This document shows positions 1 to 10,345 of a DNA stretch of 64,000 nt, in pieces (within the stretch, counting starts at the first letter, position 1; every line of letters begins with the position of its first letter). The DNA is from an uncultured bacterium (GTDB taxonomy: Bacteria; Zhuqueibacterota; QNDG01; DTFT01). Where the stretch lies: positions 1-64,000 of the forward strand of contig CAVTNR010000030.1 in assembly GCA_963736115.1 (NCBI GenBank), given 5' to 3'. The notes below the pieces were generated by a model. That model had not been told where the DNA came from. It searched no databases and saw only the letters and a list, made by a program, of their open reading frames with translations. Made by a program: the position numbers and the translations under genes.

Positions 1-75
1 AATGAATATAAAAAAATTGCATGGCCAGTGATGTCGCAAAGATATATTAATTCTATAAATAGATTACTAAAATAA
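1..75 (+). CDS. 3' end of an upstream gene, possibly a glycosyltransferase (partial)
   Basis: Frame 1 reads NEYKKIAWPVMSQRYINSINRLLK-stop, resembling the W-x-x-M-x-x-R-Y terminal helix of GT4 glycosyltransferases; polysaccharide-locus context. Confidence 0.45.
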   Translation, partial: NEYKKIAWPVMSQRYINSINRLLK

Positions 76-113
76 AAATACCTTTATTAAATCTAGATTT
101 TTAGAGGTGTCCG

Positions 114-593
114 ATGAACTTTCAATTTATTAGATCTGATGTTAAATTAGGAGAAAATGTTAAAATATATCAGTATGTTAATTTATATGGTTGTACCATA
201 GGAGACAATTCTAAAGTTGGAGCATTAGTTGAAATTCAAAAGAATGCAATAATTGGAAGAAACTGTAAAATATCATCTCATTCTTTTATTTGTGAAGGTG
301 TAGTCATTGAAGATAATGTATTCATAGGTCATGGTGTGATGTTTATTAATGATAAATATCCACGCGCCGCAAATCCAGATGGCACAATGCAATTAGATTC
401 GGATTGGAAGGTAATTGAAACAATTATTCGAAAAGGCGCGTCCATAGGAAGTGGTGCAACGATTTTATGTGGAGTGACAATCGGAGAAAATGCGATTGTA
501 GGAGCAGGTGCTGTTGTAACAAAAGATATTAATAAGGGAACTATCGTTGCTGGGGTACCTGCAAGAATATTACGAAATATAAAGAGAGAATAA
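114..593 (+). CDS. Hexapeptide-repeat (left-handed beta-helix) sugar N-acetyltransferase, WbpD/WlbB-like
   Basis: Hexapeptide repeats, ISSHSFICEGV, FIND-YPRA and IGENAIVGAGAVVTKD...VAGVPAR motifs; GAGGT RBS upstream. Confidence 0.85.
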   Translation: MNFQFIRSDVKLGENVKIYQYVNLYGCTIGDNSKVGALVEIQKNAIIGRNCKISSHSFICEGVVIEDNVFIGHGVMFINDKYPRAANPDGTMQLDSDWKVIETIIRKGASIGSGATILCGVTIGENAIVGAGAVVTKDINKGTIVAGVPARILRNIKRE

Positions 594-639
594 AGTGTTG
601 ATTTTAAATTATCAATAACTATGTAATAGGAGGTCAATT

Positions 640-1634
640 ATGCATGTCGCAGTAATCGGTTGTGGGTATTGGGGACCGAATCTGGTGAGAAATCTAAACG
701 AAATCACCAGGCAGGTTACTTGTTGTGATCTGGATGCACGAAAACTGGAAAAATTGAAAGCGCGTTTTCCTGATAATCGGTACACACAATCCTATGATGA
801 TATACTTCTGGACAAATCCATTGATGGAGTGGTGATAGCGACTTCCGTGTCTTCACATTTCCCGTTGGCTAAAAAAGCGCTTGAAGCGGGAAAGCATGTC
901 TTCGTGGAAAAACCGATGGCTGCATCATCTCGCGAGGCCGAACATTTGATTCAGTTAGCGGAAAAAGCAAATAAAATTATCATGGTCGGCCACACTTTTC
1001 TTTTCAGCCCGCCCGTTATAAAAATAAAAGAGTTGATATCATCCGGAGATTTGGGAAAAATCTTTTATATCAGCTCAACACGTGTAAATTTAGGACTTCA
1101 TCAAAAGGATGTAAGTGTCATCTGGGATCTTGCTCCGCATGATTTTTCTATATTACTATATTGGATGGATCAGACACCGATAAAAGTATGGGCGAATGGG
1201 AAGGATTATATCTTGAAGGGAATTCCGGATGTTGCATTTGTAACAATGGAGTTTCCTTCAGGCACTCAGGCATATTTACAGGTCAGTTGGCTGGCTCCCA
1301 GTAAACTGAGAAGAACCGCCATTGTAGGAAGTGAAAAAATGCTTGTTTATGATGACACGGAAGAGTGTAGAAAGTTAAAATATTTGATAAGGGCGTCAAC
1401 TATCGTGATCCTGAAACATATGGTGAATTCCAGCTCAGTTATAGATCAGGAGACATCTGGTCTCCAAGACTGGATACATTTGAACCTTTAAAGAAGGAAA
1501 TGCAACATTTTGTTGATTCAATGAATGAAAATAAAATAGCCAAATCCAGCGGTATCGAAGGACTTGAAGTTGTGAAGGTTCTCGAAGCTGCAGAGAAATC
1601 ACTCAGAAATGAAGGAAAGCAGGTTACCATTTAA
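640..1634 (+). CDS. Gfo/Idh/MocA family NAD-dependent sugar oxidoreductase, frameshifted near 1360-1375
   Basis: VAVIGCGYWG Rossmann motif, HVFVEKP and WDLAPHD; the conserved C-terminus (VKIFDKGV...GEFQLSYRSGDIWSPRLDTFEPLKKEMQHF...VLEAAEKSL) continues in another frame to TAA at 1632-1634. Confidence 0.85.
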
Positions 1635-1640
1635 AAAGAA

Positions 1641-3092
1641 ATGATTAATCAATTTAAAAAATATGGGTTTTTAAAAATATTGTTCATGTTTCTGGATGCT
1701 GTTGTTTTTCTAACGGCTTTTTATTTATCATATCGTATTCGATTTCAGTTGAATCTGAGTGATCTTAGTTTTGGGGTTTATGTTTTTATTGTACCAATTC
1801 TTGCGGTTTGGATTTATGTGTTAAAGGATCTTGATCTTTATAAGCATCGGGTTTATATATCGCGTGGAGATCAGGCGATTCGAATTTTAAAGGCGAGTTT
1901 AATTTTATTTTTAATGATTCTTGTTTTTGAGCTATTTTTTAGAGTATCGGTTTTTAGGCAAAGTCGTCTAATTATAATATATTTTATTGTTTTATTGACA
2001 GGATTGTCTCTTGTGGTAAGAGTCGCTTTCTTCAAAATTCTATTTAGTTGTTTCAATAAAACCAGGATAGTCTTAAAGCGTGCTATTATCGTGGGAACAG
2101 GCGATAATGCGGAAACAATATCTGCTAGAATTATTGCGGATAAAATGACGCCTATTGAAATAGTTGGATTTGTAAAAATCCAGGCAGGGCAGAGTAAAAC
2201 TCAAATATTTTCAAGACCTGTTTTGGGACACATAAATGAATTATTAAGCATAATAACCATGAATCATGTCGACAAACTGATTCTGGCTGTCGATTTATTA
2301 GAAAACAATAAATTTTTTGAGATATACGATATATGTAAAAAGTCGAAACTGCCAGTTTATATATGCCATGAGCCGTTCCGGAATGTATCGGATCGGCTAC
2401 AAATGCATGAATATAATTCGGTAGAGGGATTCAAGTTCGACAATTATACGCACGGAGGTATTGATTTTCTTATTAAACGAATCGCAGATTTATCGATATC
2501 AATTTTATTGTTATTTTTAGTATTTCCCTTATTTGTTATTGTTTCAATATTAATAAAAATCACTTCAAGGGGGCCCTTTTTTTTCAAACAAAAAAGGATT
2601 GGGAAGGATTCAAGGCCGTTTTATTTTTATAAGTTGCGGTCGATGCGTGTGGACAACGATGAATCGATTCATCGAGAATATATCAAAAAGCTAGTTCTTG
2701 AAGGCCATCCGGCTCATATTGAGGATGGAAAGAAAGATCCTTTAAAATCGAAAATGATCCAAGAGTCACATGGCTTGGACGTATTCTCAGAAAATCGAGT
2801 CTGGATGAACTGCCCCAGCTGATCAATGTGATAAGGGGAGAAATGAGCTTAGTCGGACCTCGACCCTGCATACCGTATGAATATGAAATGTACAGTGATT
2901 GGCATAAAAGAAGATTGGAGGTTCTTCCCGGTATTACAGGTGTATGGCAGGTTCAAGGGAAGAAGTGCTGTCAATTTTGATGATATGGTTGCATTGGATA
3001 TTTATTATGTTGAAAATTGGTCGATATGGCTGGACTTGAAGATTCTTTTCGAAACCGTCCCAGTTGTCCTTTTTCGAAAGGGGGCGAAATAA
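1641..3092 (+). CDS. Polyprenyl glycosylphosphotransferase (WcaJ/WbaP-like priming sugar transferase), two frameshift sites (~2735-2740, ~2957)
   Basis: N-terminal TM helices, CoA-binding-like domain, KRIADL...[11 protein letters not shown]...YKLRSM; a shifted frame gives [38 protein letters not shown]...PGITGVWQV, then the original frame resumes with [18 protein letters not shown]. Confidence 0.9.
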
Positions 3093-4667
3093 ATGAAAAA
3101 AAGCATTTCCATCATCATCGTGATTATGAGTTTCAATGCGCTTTATGGAGCTGTTCACGAAACACTTCCATCGTGGCATTGGACTTATTCAGTTATTGAC
3201 GCGCTCCAGGACCGTGGTTTAATAAATGAATTAAGTCGTATTGAAAGACCATATTTACGAGGTGACATTGCCAGAGCTTTGATTCAACTTTCAAAAAATA
3301 ATGACATCGATAAGGTATCAATTCAATCAATCGAGAAATCTTTTTTGTCGAAGCTTTCACATGAGTTTGAGAGTGAAATACGATATTTTCAAGAACACGA
3401 GTCGGTTCGGAGTACAGTCGAACTAGGCTTGCATCTTCGCGAGGATGTTACAAAAGCATCCGATTCCAGCGGTCGATTGAAGGGAGTTTATAGGAGCCGA
3501 ATTTCGGCGGTTATCGGAGAGCACGCGACGGTTTTCAGCGGGCTCAAAATGGATCAATATCGATTAGACGACTCGCTGTATACCGGGAAGAAATGGAGAG
3601 GGCTTGTCTATTCGGCAGAACAAGCCTATTTCAACGCCGTCTGGAAGCATTCAAGAATTCAATTCGGGAGGGATTTTCTCCGGCTGGGAACTGGTCAGGC
3701 CAGCACACTTCTCTTCTCGGATGTCTGTGATCCAATTGACCGCTTCATGGGATCCTTCGATGTCGGCCCATTTCATTTTTCATTCTTAGCCGCTTTTCTT
3801 GATGCGATCCCTTATCAAAATGCAGAACAGGACTCGTTTGAAACTAGTTATATACAGCGATATCTGGTAGCGCATCGGCTGAAAGTCAAATTATGGGGAG
3901 GACGTCTTGAGGCTGCGGTGACAGAAGCGGCTTCATTTGGGGGTATAAATCGGCCGCTGGAATGGACAATGGCCAATCCGTTCTTATTTTATCATGGAGA
4001 ACAGCTTAATAACAAAAATTCCGCAAATACATTCGGTATGATTGATGTATCTGTATTTCCAACAAGACGCTGGCAGATTTACGGATCATTTCTGATAGAT
4101 GACATTCAGGTCGAAAAGAAGACTAACGGGGATCTGGAACCGAATGAGATAGGATGGATAACAGGTTTGAAATGGGCTGATCCTATCGGATTGAAGGGTT
4201 TTACCGTCTTTTCTGAATATTCCGGCGTGACCAATAGAACGTATAAAACTCCATCTTCATGGGAAACGCTCCTATTCCACAATATTCCAATTGGTCATCC
4301 GCTTGGGAATGATTTTGACCAATGGATGATTGGTGGATCTCAATGGATTAATGCTTCGTTGCGGGTCCAACTGATGTATGATCGGATTCGGAGGGGGGAA
4401 GGAAGCATCTATACAGAATGGGATACTCCATGGTTAACCCGTACAATTAATGAAGGATATACAGAACCCTTCCCGACTGGTATTGTCGAAACGGAAACCG
4501 CAGTCTCTTTATCGCTGGATTACAGACCAAGAAGTCAGTATGGTATAAATGCGATGATGCGGTCAATGCGCAGATCAAATGAAAATCATTTTAAAGGTGT
4601 ATCCGGAACCGGCACGGAATGGAGAATCGGTTTATGGGTGAACTGGGACACAATCTTACGATTATGA
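3093..4667 (+). CDS. Capsule assembly Wzi family outer-membrane protein
   Basis: Signal peptide, HWTY...L-DRGLI...RPY-RGDIA N-terminal motif, beta-strand-rich body, GHPLGND motif; last gene of the polysaccharide locus. Confidence 0.7.
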   Translation: MKKSISIIIVIMSFNALYGAVHETLPSWHWTYSVIDALQDRGLINELSRIERPYLRGDIARALIQLSKNNDIDKVSIQSIEKSFLSKLSHEFESEIRYFQEHESVRSTVELGLHLREDVTKASDSSGRLKGVYRSRISAVIGEHATVFSGLKMDQYRLDDSLYTGKKWRGLVYSAEQAYFNAVWKHSRIQFGRDFLRLGTGQASTLLFSDVCDPIDRFMGSFDVGPFHFSFLAAFLDAIPYQNAEQDSFETSYIQRYLVAHRLKVKLWGGRLEAAVTEAASFGGINRPLEWTMANPFLFYHGEQLNNKNSANTFGMIDVSVFPTRRWQIYGSFLIDDIQVEKKTNGDLEPNEIGWITGLKWADPIGLKGFTVFSEYSGVTNRTYKTPSSWETLLFHNIPIGHPLGNDFDQWMIGGSQWINASLRVQLMYDRIRRGEGSIYTEWDTPWLTRTINEGYTEPFPTGIVETETAVSLSLDYRPRSQYGINAMMRSMRRSNENHFKGVSGTGTEWRIGLWVNWDTILRL

Positions 4668-4686
4668 AAGACAAGAGACTGATTTG

Positions 4687-4717
4687 AAGGCTGCCCATAT
4701 TTGAGGCAGCCTTTTTT
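4687..4717 (+). terminator. Intrinsic terminator ending the polysaccharide operon
   Basis: AAGGCTGCC-loop-GGCAGCCTT followed by a T-run. Confidence 0.8.
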
Positions 4718-4732
4718 GTTTATAGAAATATC

Positions 4733-4761
4733 TTGACAATGAGAAGAAGAAGAGTTAATTT
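4733..4761 (+). promoter_or_regulatory. Putative sigma70 promoter
   Basis: TTGACA (4733) - 17 bp - TAATTT (4756). Confidence 0.5.
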
Positions 4762-4874
4762 TACTGTTGCTTCTGCACTGCTTCCCGCGGAGACCGTTCC
4801 GCTCTCTCATCCCCGTTTCAAACAACCGGTCTGATCATCCCATTCCAGCATTATTTTTAAGTCCGGGAGGGACC

Positions 4875-6023
4875 ATGGCGAAGCTGTTTTCCGTCGCGGC
4901 CGGGCTGATTTTTATTCTTGGGCAGACACCGATCAGGCCGCAAACCAATCCAATACTCAATGCGGGGTTCGAGAATTGGACAGATGGGAAACCCGATCAC
5001 TGGGCCTACGCGGGAATCACCTGGATCAAACCGTCCGCATCCATCCGGTTCGAAGGCGCGTCCAGTGTCCGGTTCGAGGTGCCGGCTGGCGCGACTCTGC
5101 CGGAACTGCGACAGACCGTGTCTGTGACTGCCGGCGGCGTGTATTCGTTCTCCAGCAGGGTGCTGGACGAGAATCCGGCCGGCGCGGTCGGGCTCGTGAT
5201 CAGCTGGTTCAAAGGGTCCGATTACCTGGGGAAATACGCATCGTCCCAGCGTTCGACGGACCAGGCCGGCTGGCAGGAAATCGCGGTTCAGGACAAACAG
5301 GCGCCGCCGGATGCGGACGGCGCCCGGGTGAGCGTCAAAACATATAAAACCGAAACCCTGTCCGGCGGTTACCTGTACGCGGATCAGGCGGTTTTCAGCG
5401 GAGACATTGCACTTTCCGTGCATATGGGCCGTATTGAAGCGGTTCCTGTGCGGGACGGAATCGAAATCCGCTGGTCCACGGAAAGTGAAGTCCGCACCTG
5501 CGGGTTCAATGTTCTGCGTTCAGGAACCGGGGGGACGCGTTTTTCAGCTGTGAACAAGGGCCTGATCCCCTCAGGCGGCAATGGCTCATCCAGAACCGAT
5601 TACAGATGGACGGACAGGCTGGCTGTGCCTGGGGTTTGGTACAGGTACGCCCTGGAGGAACTGGACTTGGACGGAGACACGCTTTTACTGGGTATGGTGT
5701 CCGGGATGCGGGAAGGAACAGGCGCAATGCCGGATTCCCCGTCGATCATCGGCGGATTCCCGAACCCTTTCAATCCTTCCGTCCGGATCCAATTCCGCCT
5801 CGATCCGGAAACTGTTTCCAGGCGCGTCAGGCTCGAAGTGCTGGATGCGGCAGGCAGGCGCATCCGAACCCTGCGGGACTGCCCGGTCCGGCCGGGGGAG
5901 AACGAGAGGATATGGGACGGAAGGGATGATTCCGGAAGGATTGTACCGGCAGGACTGTATCTGGTCCGTGTGGTTGGTCCGGATCCTGCATTGCCTGCGC
6001 TGAAACTGGTGAAGGCGGAATGA
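4875..6023 (+). CDS. Secreted protein with carbohydrate-binding-like (jelly-roll) domain and FlgD-Ig/T9SS-like C-terminal sorting domain
   Basis: GGAGG RBS before ATG 4875; signal peptide; NAGFENW domain start; W-TESE-GFNV-RS linker domain; PNPFNPS...DAAGRRIRTL...WDGRDDSG...GLY C-terminus. Confidence 0.7.
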   Translation: MAKLFSVAAGLIFILGQTPIRPQTNPILNAGFENWTDGKPDHWAYAGITWIKPSASIRFEGASSVRFEVPAGATLPELRQTVSVTAGGVYSFSSRVLDENPAGAVGLVISWFKGSDYLGKYASSQRSTDQAGWQEIAVQDKQAPPDADGARVSVKTYKTETLSGGYLYADQAVFSGDIALSVHMGRIEAVPVRDGIEIRWSTESEVRTCGFNVLRSGTGGTRFSAVNKGLIPSGGNGSSRTDYRWTDRLAVPGVWYRYALEELDLDGDTLLLGMVSGMREGTGAMPDSPSIIGGFPNPFNPSVRIQFRLDPETVSRRVRLEVLDAAGRRIRTLRDCPVRPGENERIWDGRDDSGRIVPAGLYLVRVVGPDPALPALKLVKAE

Positions 6024-6136
6024 TTGAGCCCGTGGGCAGAGGCGCATGATCTTGTCGGACGGATGCGGCCGCCCGCGAAAAGACGAACGAACAGAACACA
6101 CCCGGATCACGGTCCGGGAATTTTCGGGAGGGATAA

Positions 6137-6487
6137 ATGGAAACATTGACACGCGATCGGAGGGTTCAGACCTATGATTCGCCGGCCCGCAGGCCGGATC
6201 CGGAGCAAATTCTCTGGTTTTATCTGCGCAACCATCACCTGATGAACATGAAATTCAGGCGCAGGGCCAGGGTCGGGGAGTTTGTTGCGGAATTCCTCTG
6301 TGATGGAAAAAAGATGGTCGTGGAACTGGAACGGGGCCGGAGCGGTCGGGTGCGGGATCGGGAACGGGGAAAAGACACGTGGATGGAGAGCCAGGGGTAT
6401 AAAATTCTGAGGTTCTGGGACAATGAAGTGCTGGAAAATATAGAGGGCGTGATTTACGCGATACTGGAATGCGGTGGAGAACTGTAG
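6137..6487 (+). CDS. DUF559 (Vsr-like PD-(D/E)XK) endonuclease domain protein, catalytic motifs degenerate
   Basis: E-ILW-YLR...KFRR...GYKILRFWDNEVLENIEGV pattern; GGAGG RBS. Confidence 0.75.
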   Translation: METLTRDRRVQTYDSPARRPDPEQILWFYLRNHHLMNMKFRRRARVGEFVAEFLCDGKKMVVELERGRSGRVRDRERGKDTWMESQGYKILRFWDNEVLENIEGVIYAILECGGEL

Positions 6488-6600
6488 CCGTGCGTCGCGG
6501 GCCTAAGAAAAGAATCCGTCCCGCACCGAGGGAAAAAACAGAACAGATCCCCGGTCCTGTCCCGGTCAAGCGGGAGAGGAAAAAGGTTCTGCCGCGGCCC

Positions 6601-6689
6601 TAATCGGGCGGCCAGAAGCCCGGTCAATACTAATTCCTGTTTTCTGAATGATTGGATATTGAGCTTCTGGCCGCTCCGACGAGTCTGAT
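6601..6689. repeat. ~88-bp hairpin element, copy 1 (copy 2 at 30179-30266)
   Basis: TAATCGGGCGGCCAGAAGCC...GCTTCTGGCCGCTCCGACGAGTCTGAT; ends nearly identical to copy 2. Confidence 0.8.
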
Positions 6690-6756
6690 CTACTGCCGTC
6701 CTCGGCGTCCATCATCCAAGTTCCCTGTGATACGCCGCTGGTCGCGGCGGGGTTCT

Positions 6757-7414
6757 TCAGCGCGACTTCCCCACGCCCACGCGTTCGCACCAGGCAGAAA
6801 CCGGGCATGTGGAGCAATGCGGGCTGACAGGCGCGCAAAGGCCCTGGCCGAAAGCCACCAGAATGTCGTTGATCGGTATCCACCAGGCTTTCGGCAGTTT
6901 GGCGCGGAGCGCCGTCTCCGTCTCGTCCGGGGACCGGGTTTGAACATACCCGAACCGGTTGGTGATGCGGTGCACATGCGTGTCCACGCATATGCCGGGC
7001 TTGCCGAATCCCAGGGTCAGGACGAGGTTCGCGGTTTTACGGCCGACTCCCGGAAGCTCCAGATAGGCGGTCCAGATCGTCAGGAACGCGGCCGCCATGT
7101 TTCTCGATCAGAATGCGGCTGACTTCGAGAATGGTGTCGGCCTTGCGCTTGTAGAAACCTGCAGGATAAATCAATGTTCTGATTTTCGATGCTTTGAGCT
7201 TCAGCATGGCGGCCGGAGTTCGGGCTTCGGCGAACAGCTTGAGCGAGGCTTCGGTTGTTACCGCGTCCTTGGTTCTGAGACTGATCAGAGTGGAGATCAG
7301 GATCTGGTAGGGGTCATCCGAACGCTGGGCCACCAGAGTGACAATGGGCACGTTCCACTTTTTCGACTCGGCCTGAAGGATTTGGAGTACGCGGGAAATG
7401 GTCGGGTTGTCCAT
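6757..7414 (-). CDS. nth: Endonuclease III (HhH-GPD, 4Fe-4S), frameshifted near 7063
   Basis: [17 protein letters not shown]...[11 protein letters not shown] in one frame; [13 protein letters not shown]...[10 protein letters not shown]...C-x6-C-x2-C-x5-C in another. Confidence 0.9.
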
Positions 7415-8403
7415 CAGCCGCTGTCCCCGGCTTTCCACGCTTCGGGGTTCACGAGGTGTTTGGGCTTTTTCCCGGCAAGGCCTTCGAGCAGGTTTTCGGC
7501 TGCCATGAGCGACATGCGGGTGCGGGTTTCGAGTGTGGCGCTCCCGATGTGGGGAAGCAGGACGACATTGTCCAGGCCGATCAGGCCGGGTTCGATTTCA
7601 GGCTCATGCTCGTACACATCCAGGCCCGCGCCCGCGATGCGGCCGGATCGCAGGGCGTCCGCGAGCGCTTTTTCATCCACCACAGGGCCGCGGCTGGTGT
7701 TGATCAGGTAGGCTGAACGCTTCATCAATCCAAGAGCCCGGCCGTCCATGAGATGGCGCGTTTGCGGCGAGAGCGGCACGTGCAGGGAGACAAAATCCGA
7801 CTGCCGGAGCAATTCATCCAGTTCGACGCGCCTGGCGCCGACTTTGGATTCCAGCTCCGGCACCGTGGATCCGTCCGTGTACAGAACGGTCATGCCGAAT
7901 CCGGACGACCGCAGTGCCACGGCCCTGCCGATCCGGCCCGCGCCCACGATTCCGAGGGTTCGGCCGGTCAAATCGCCCCCGAGAAAGGCCATGGGGTGCC
8001 ATTCCTTGAACCGGCCCTGGCGGGTGAATTTGTCCGCTTCGACGATACGGCGCGAGACCGCGAATATCAGGGCCCAGGTCAGGTCCGCGGTCGCGTCCGT
8101 CAGAACGCCGGGCGTGTTCGTGACCAGAATCCCCATCCGGTTCGCTGCCGCGAGGTCGATGTGATTGAATCCGGCGCCGCAATTCGAGAGCACCCGGATG
8201 CCTTTCATCGCCTCGAGCGCTTCGCGGTCGAGTGTGTCCGTGATCATGGCGAGAAATCCGTCTCGGCCGGACACCGCTGCCACGAGCTCGTCCCGGGTGA
8301 GGGTCCTGTCTTCGGGATTGACGTCGACCTGACATCCCTTTTCCAGCAGGAGGTCTATGCCGGGCTTCGGGATTTCACGGGTGACGAATACGTTCCATTT
8401 CAC
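7414..8403 (-). CDS. D-glycerate dehydrogenase / glyoxylate reductase (2-hydroxyacid dehydrogenase)
   Basis: TNTPGVLTDATAD, GIVGAGRIG, INTSRGPVVDE, GLDVYEHEP and LPHIGSAT motifs. Confidence 0.9.
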   Translation of the reverse strand: MKWNVFVTREIPKPGIDLLLEKGCQVDVNPEDRTLTRDELVAAVSGRDGFLAMITDTLDREALEAMKGIRVLSNCGAGFNHIDLAAANRMGILVTNTPGVLTDATADLTWALIFAVSRRIVEADKFTRQGRFKEWHPMAFLGGDLTGRTLGIVGAGRIGRAVALRSSGFGMTVLYTDGSTVPELESKVGARRVELDELLRQSDFVSLHVPLSPQTRHLMDGRALGLMKRSAYLINTSRGPVVDEKALADALRSGRIAGAGLDVYEHEPEIEPGLIGLDNVVLLPHIGSATLETRTRMSLMAAENLLEGLAGKKPKHLVNPEAWKAGDSG

Positions 8404-8813
8404 TCCGATGGCTCTCCCATTTTTTCCATGTCCCGGCGCTCTTTTTTGGTCGGGCGGCCCTTGAATTTCCTGGGGGCCGGTCTCGCGGAACGGGCGAATA
8501 TCCGCATCTGCTCCCGCAATTCATCCGAGGGCTTCAAGCGGATTTCCTCCTCGTACAAAGTGCGGGCGATGGCCGGCGGCAGGCCCCGCTCGGCCAGGCC
8601 GGTGATGGTCACGTTCCGATAACGGCTTCGGACATGGACGGTCAATTTGTCTCCGACCCGGACGGCCTTGTGGGGCTTGGATGAGACGCCGTTCACCTTG
8701 ACTTTGCCGCCTTCGCATGCGGCCGAGGACAGGGACCGCGTTTTGTAGAAGCGGGCGGCCATGAGCCAGCGGTCCAGGCGTACGGAGTCGGGTTGGGGTT
8801 TTGCGTCTGCCAT
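8400..8813 (-). CDS. hslR: Ribosome-associated heat shock protein Hsp15 (S4 domain)
   Basis: VRLDRWL-AARFYKTRS...GGKVKVNG...GRPTKKERR. Confidence 0.9.
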   Translation of the reverse strand: MADAKPQPDSVRLDRWLMAARFYKTRSLSSAACEGGKVKVNGVSSKPHKAVRVGDKLTVHVRSRYRNVTITGLAERGLPPAIARTLYEEEIRLKPSDELREQMRIFARSARPAPRKFKGRPTKKERRDMEKMGEPSE

Positions 8814-8913
8814 GATAGAAAAATAGGGAATGGATTGGGGATATTCAAGGGGAAAATCGGGGGGCGGATGAGAAAATAGTCCTATCCCATCCGTTCGAAC
8901 AAGTTGCCCAACA

Positions 8914-8939
8914 GGCGCGGTCTAAAGACCGCGGCTACC
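8914..8939 (-). repeat. GTAG-type REP palindrome (family B)
   Basis: Reverse complement GGTAGCCGCGGTCTTTAGACCGCGCC; related to 35529-35553 and 35719-35744. Confidence 0.6.
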
Positions 8940-8954
8940 AAGCGAAGAGCATAC

Positions 8955-10148
8955 TCACTCCCCAGGCACGAGCTTCAAGGCGTGCCGCAGGCCGCGTATG
9001 GCCTGCCGGGTCCGGTGCTCGTTCTCGATGAGCGCGAAGCGGACATGATCGTCGCCGTATTCGCCGAACCCGATGCCCGGGGAAACGGACACCTTGGCGT
9101 CGCGGATCAGCATTTTCGCGAACTCCAGCGAACCCATTTTACGGAACGGCTCCGGAATCTTCGCCCACACGAACATCGTGGCCTTGGGCGGTGTGACCGG
9201 CCAGCCGATTGAATTCAAGCCCCTGCAGAGCACGTCCCTTCTTTCGCGGTACATTTCACGGATTTCGGAAACGCAGGACTGATCCCCCTCCAGGGCGATA
9301 ATCGAGGCGACCTGTATGGGCGTGAAAATGCCGTAATCCAGGTAGCTCTTGATGTCCTTGAGCGCGCCGATCAGAACGGGATTTCCGAGACAGAAACCCA
9401 CGCGCCAGCCCGGCATGTTGTAACTTTTCGACAGGGTGAAGAATTCGACTGCCACGTCCTTGGCGCCGGGCACCTGAAAGATCGAAGGCGCCTTGTACCC
9501 ATCGAACACCAGGTCCGCGTAAGCGATGTCGTGTATGACCCAGATGCCGGATTCACGGGCGATGTCCACCACTTTTTTGAAAAACTCCAGCTCCACGCAT
9601 TGCGTTGTCGGGTTCGATGGAAAATTGATGACCAGAGCCTTGGGACGCGGCCAGGAGTGGCGTATCGCGCGTTCCAGCTCCTCGAAAAAGTCCACGCCTT
9701 CGAGAAGCGGCACGTGGCGGATGTCCGCACCCGCGATCACGAATGCCCAAGCATGAATGGGGTAGGTGGGATTGGGCACAAGCACGGCATCGCCGTGGTC
9801 GACCATGGCCAGTGCCAGGTGGGCGATGCCTTCCTTGGAGCCGATGGTGACGATGGCCTCTTTTTCAGGGTCGAGTTCCACGTTGAAGCTGTTCGCATAC
9901 CATTTGCAGACAGCCTGCCTCAGACGGGGAATGCCCCTGGACTGCGAGTACCGGTGCGTGAACGGCTTCTGGACCGACTCGATGAGCTTGGAAACGATGT
10001 GCGGCGGCGTGGGCTGGTCCGGATTGCCCATTCCAAAGTCGATGATGTCCTCTCCCGCGGCCCTGGCCTGGGTCTTGAGCGCATTCGTGACCGCGAATAC
10101 ATACGGCGGAAGGCGTTTGACGCGCTGAAAATTGTCGTTCAGTTCCAT
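8955..10148 (-). CDS. alaC: PLP-dependent class I/II aminotransferase, AlaC (alanine transaminase) type
   Basis: RLPPYVF...[42 protein letters not shown] (PLP lysine) and [17 protein letters not shown]. Confidence 0.8.
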   Translation of the reverse strand: MELNDNFQRVKRLPPYVFAVTNALKTQARAAGEDIIDFGMGNPDQPTPPHIVSKLIESVQKPFTHRYSQSRGIPRLRQAVCKWYANSFNVELDPEKEAIVTIGSKEGIAHLALAMVDHGDAVLVPNPTYPIHAWAFVIAGADIRHVPLLEGVDFFEELERAIRHSWPRPKALVINFPSNPTTQCVELEFFKKVVDIARESGIWVIHDIAYADLVFDGYKAPSIFQVPGAKDVAVEFFTLSKSYNMPGWRVGFCLGNPVLIGALKDIKSYLDYGIFTPIQVASIIALEGDQSCVSEIREMYRERRDVLCRGLNSIGWPVTPPKATMFVWAKIPEPFRKMGSLEFAKMLIRDAKVSVSPGIGFGEYGDDHVRFALIENEHRTRQAIRGLRHALKLVPGE

Positions 10149-10345
10149 GGCCGCTCCGGGGTTGTTTCCTGTCTTTCATCCGCGCAGGCGGTAGAGGGGA
10201 AAAATGAATACAAATATAATAAAAGAAAGGGCTTTATGCAAACCGATTCTATCCCGTTTCGGCCTGAAAAACAGTTTGATTCTCAGAGGAAATCGCTTTA
10301 CATTAATCGGAAGGTTTTTTAACAGACGTTCACGGAGGAATCGGC

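Noticed and set aside
6601-6689. Integron attC site interpretation of the 88-bp hairpin
   Set aside because: It lacks clear RYYYAAC/GTTRRRY boxes, there is no cassette array or integrase, and the flanking genes are housekeeping; kept only as an unclassified element
7037-7098. Programmed ribosomal frameshift in nth
   Set aside because: No slippery heptamer at the break, and it clusters with other probable sequencing indels
8955-10148. The divergent aminotransferase as the missing GnnB
   Set aside because: Its motifs are class I/II AlaC-type, whereas GnnB belongs to the DegT/DnrJ family
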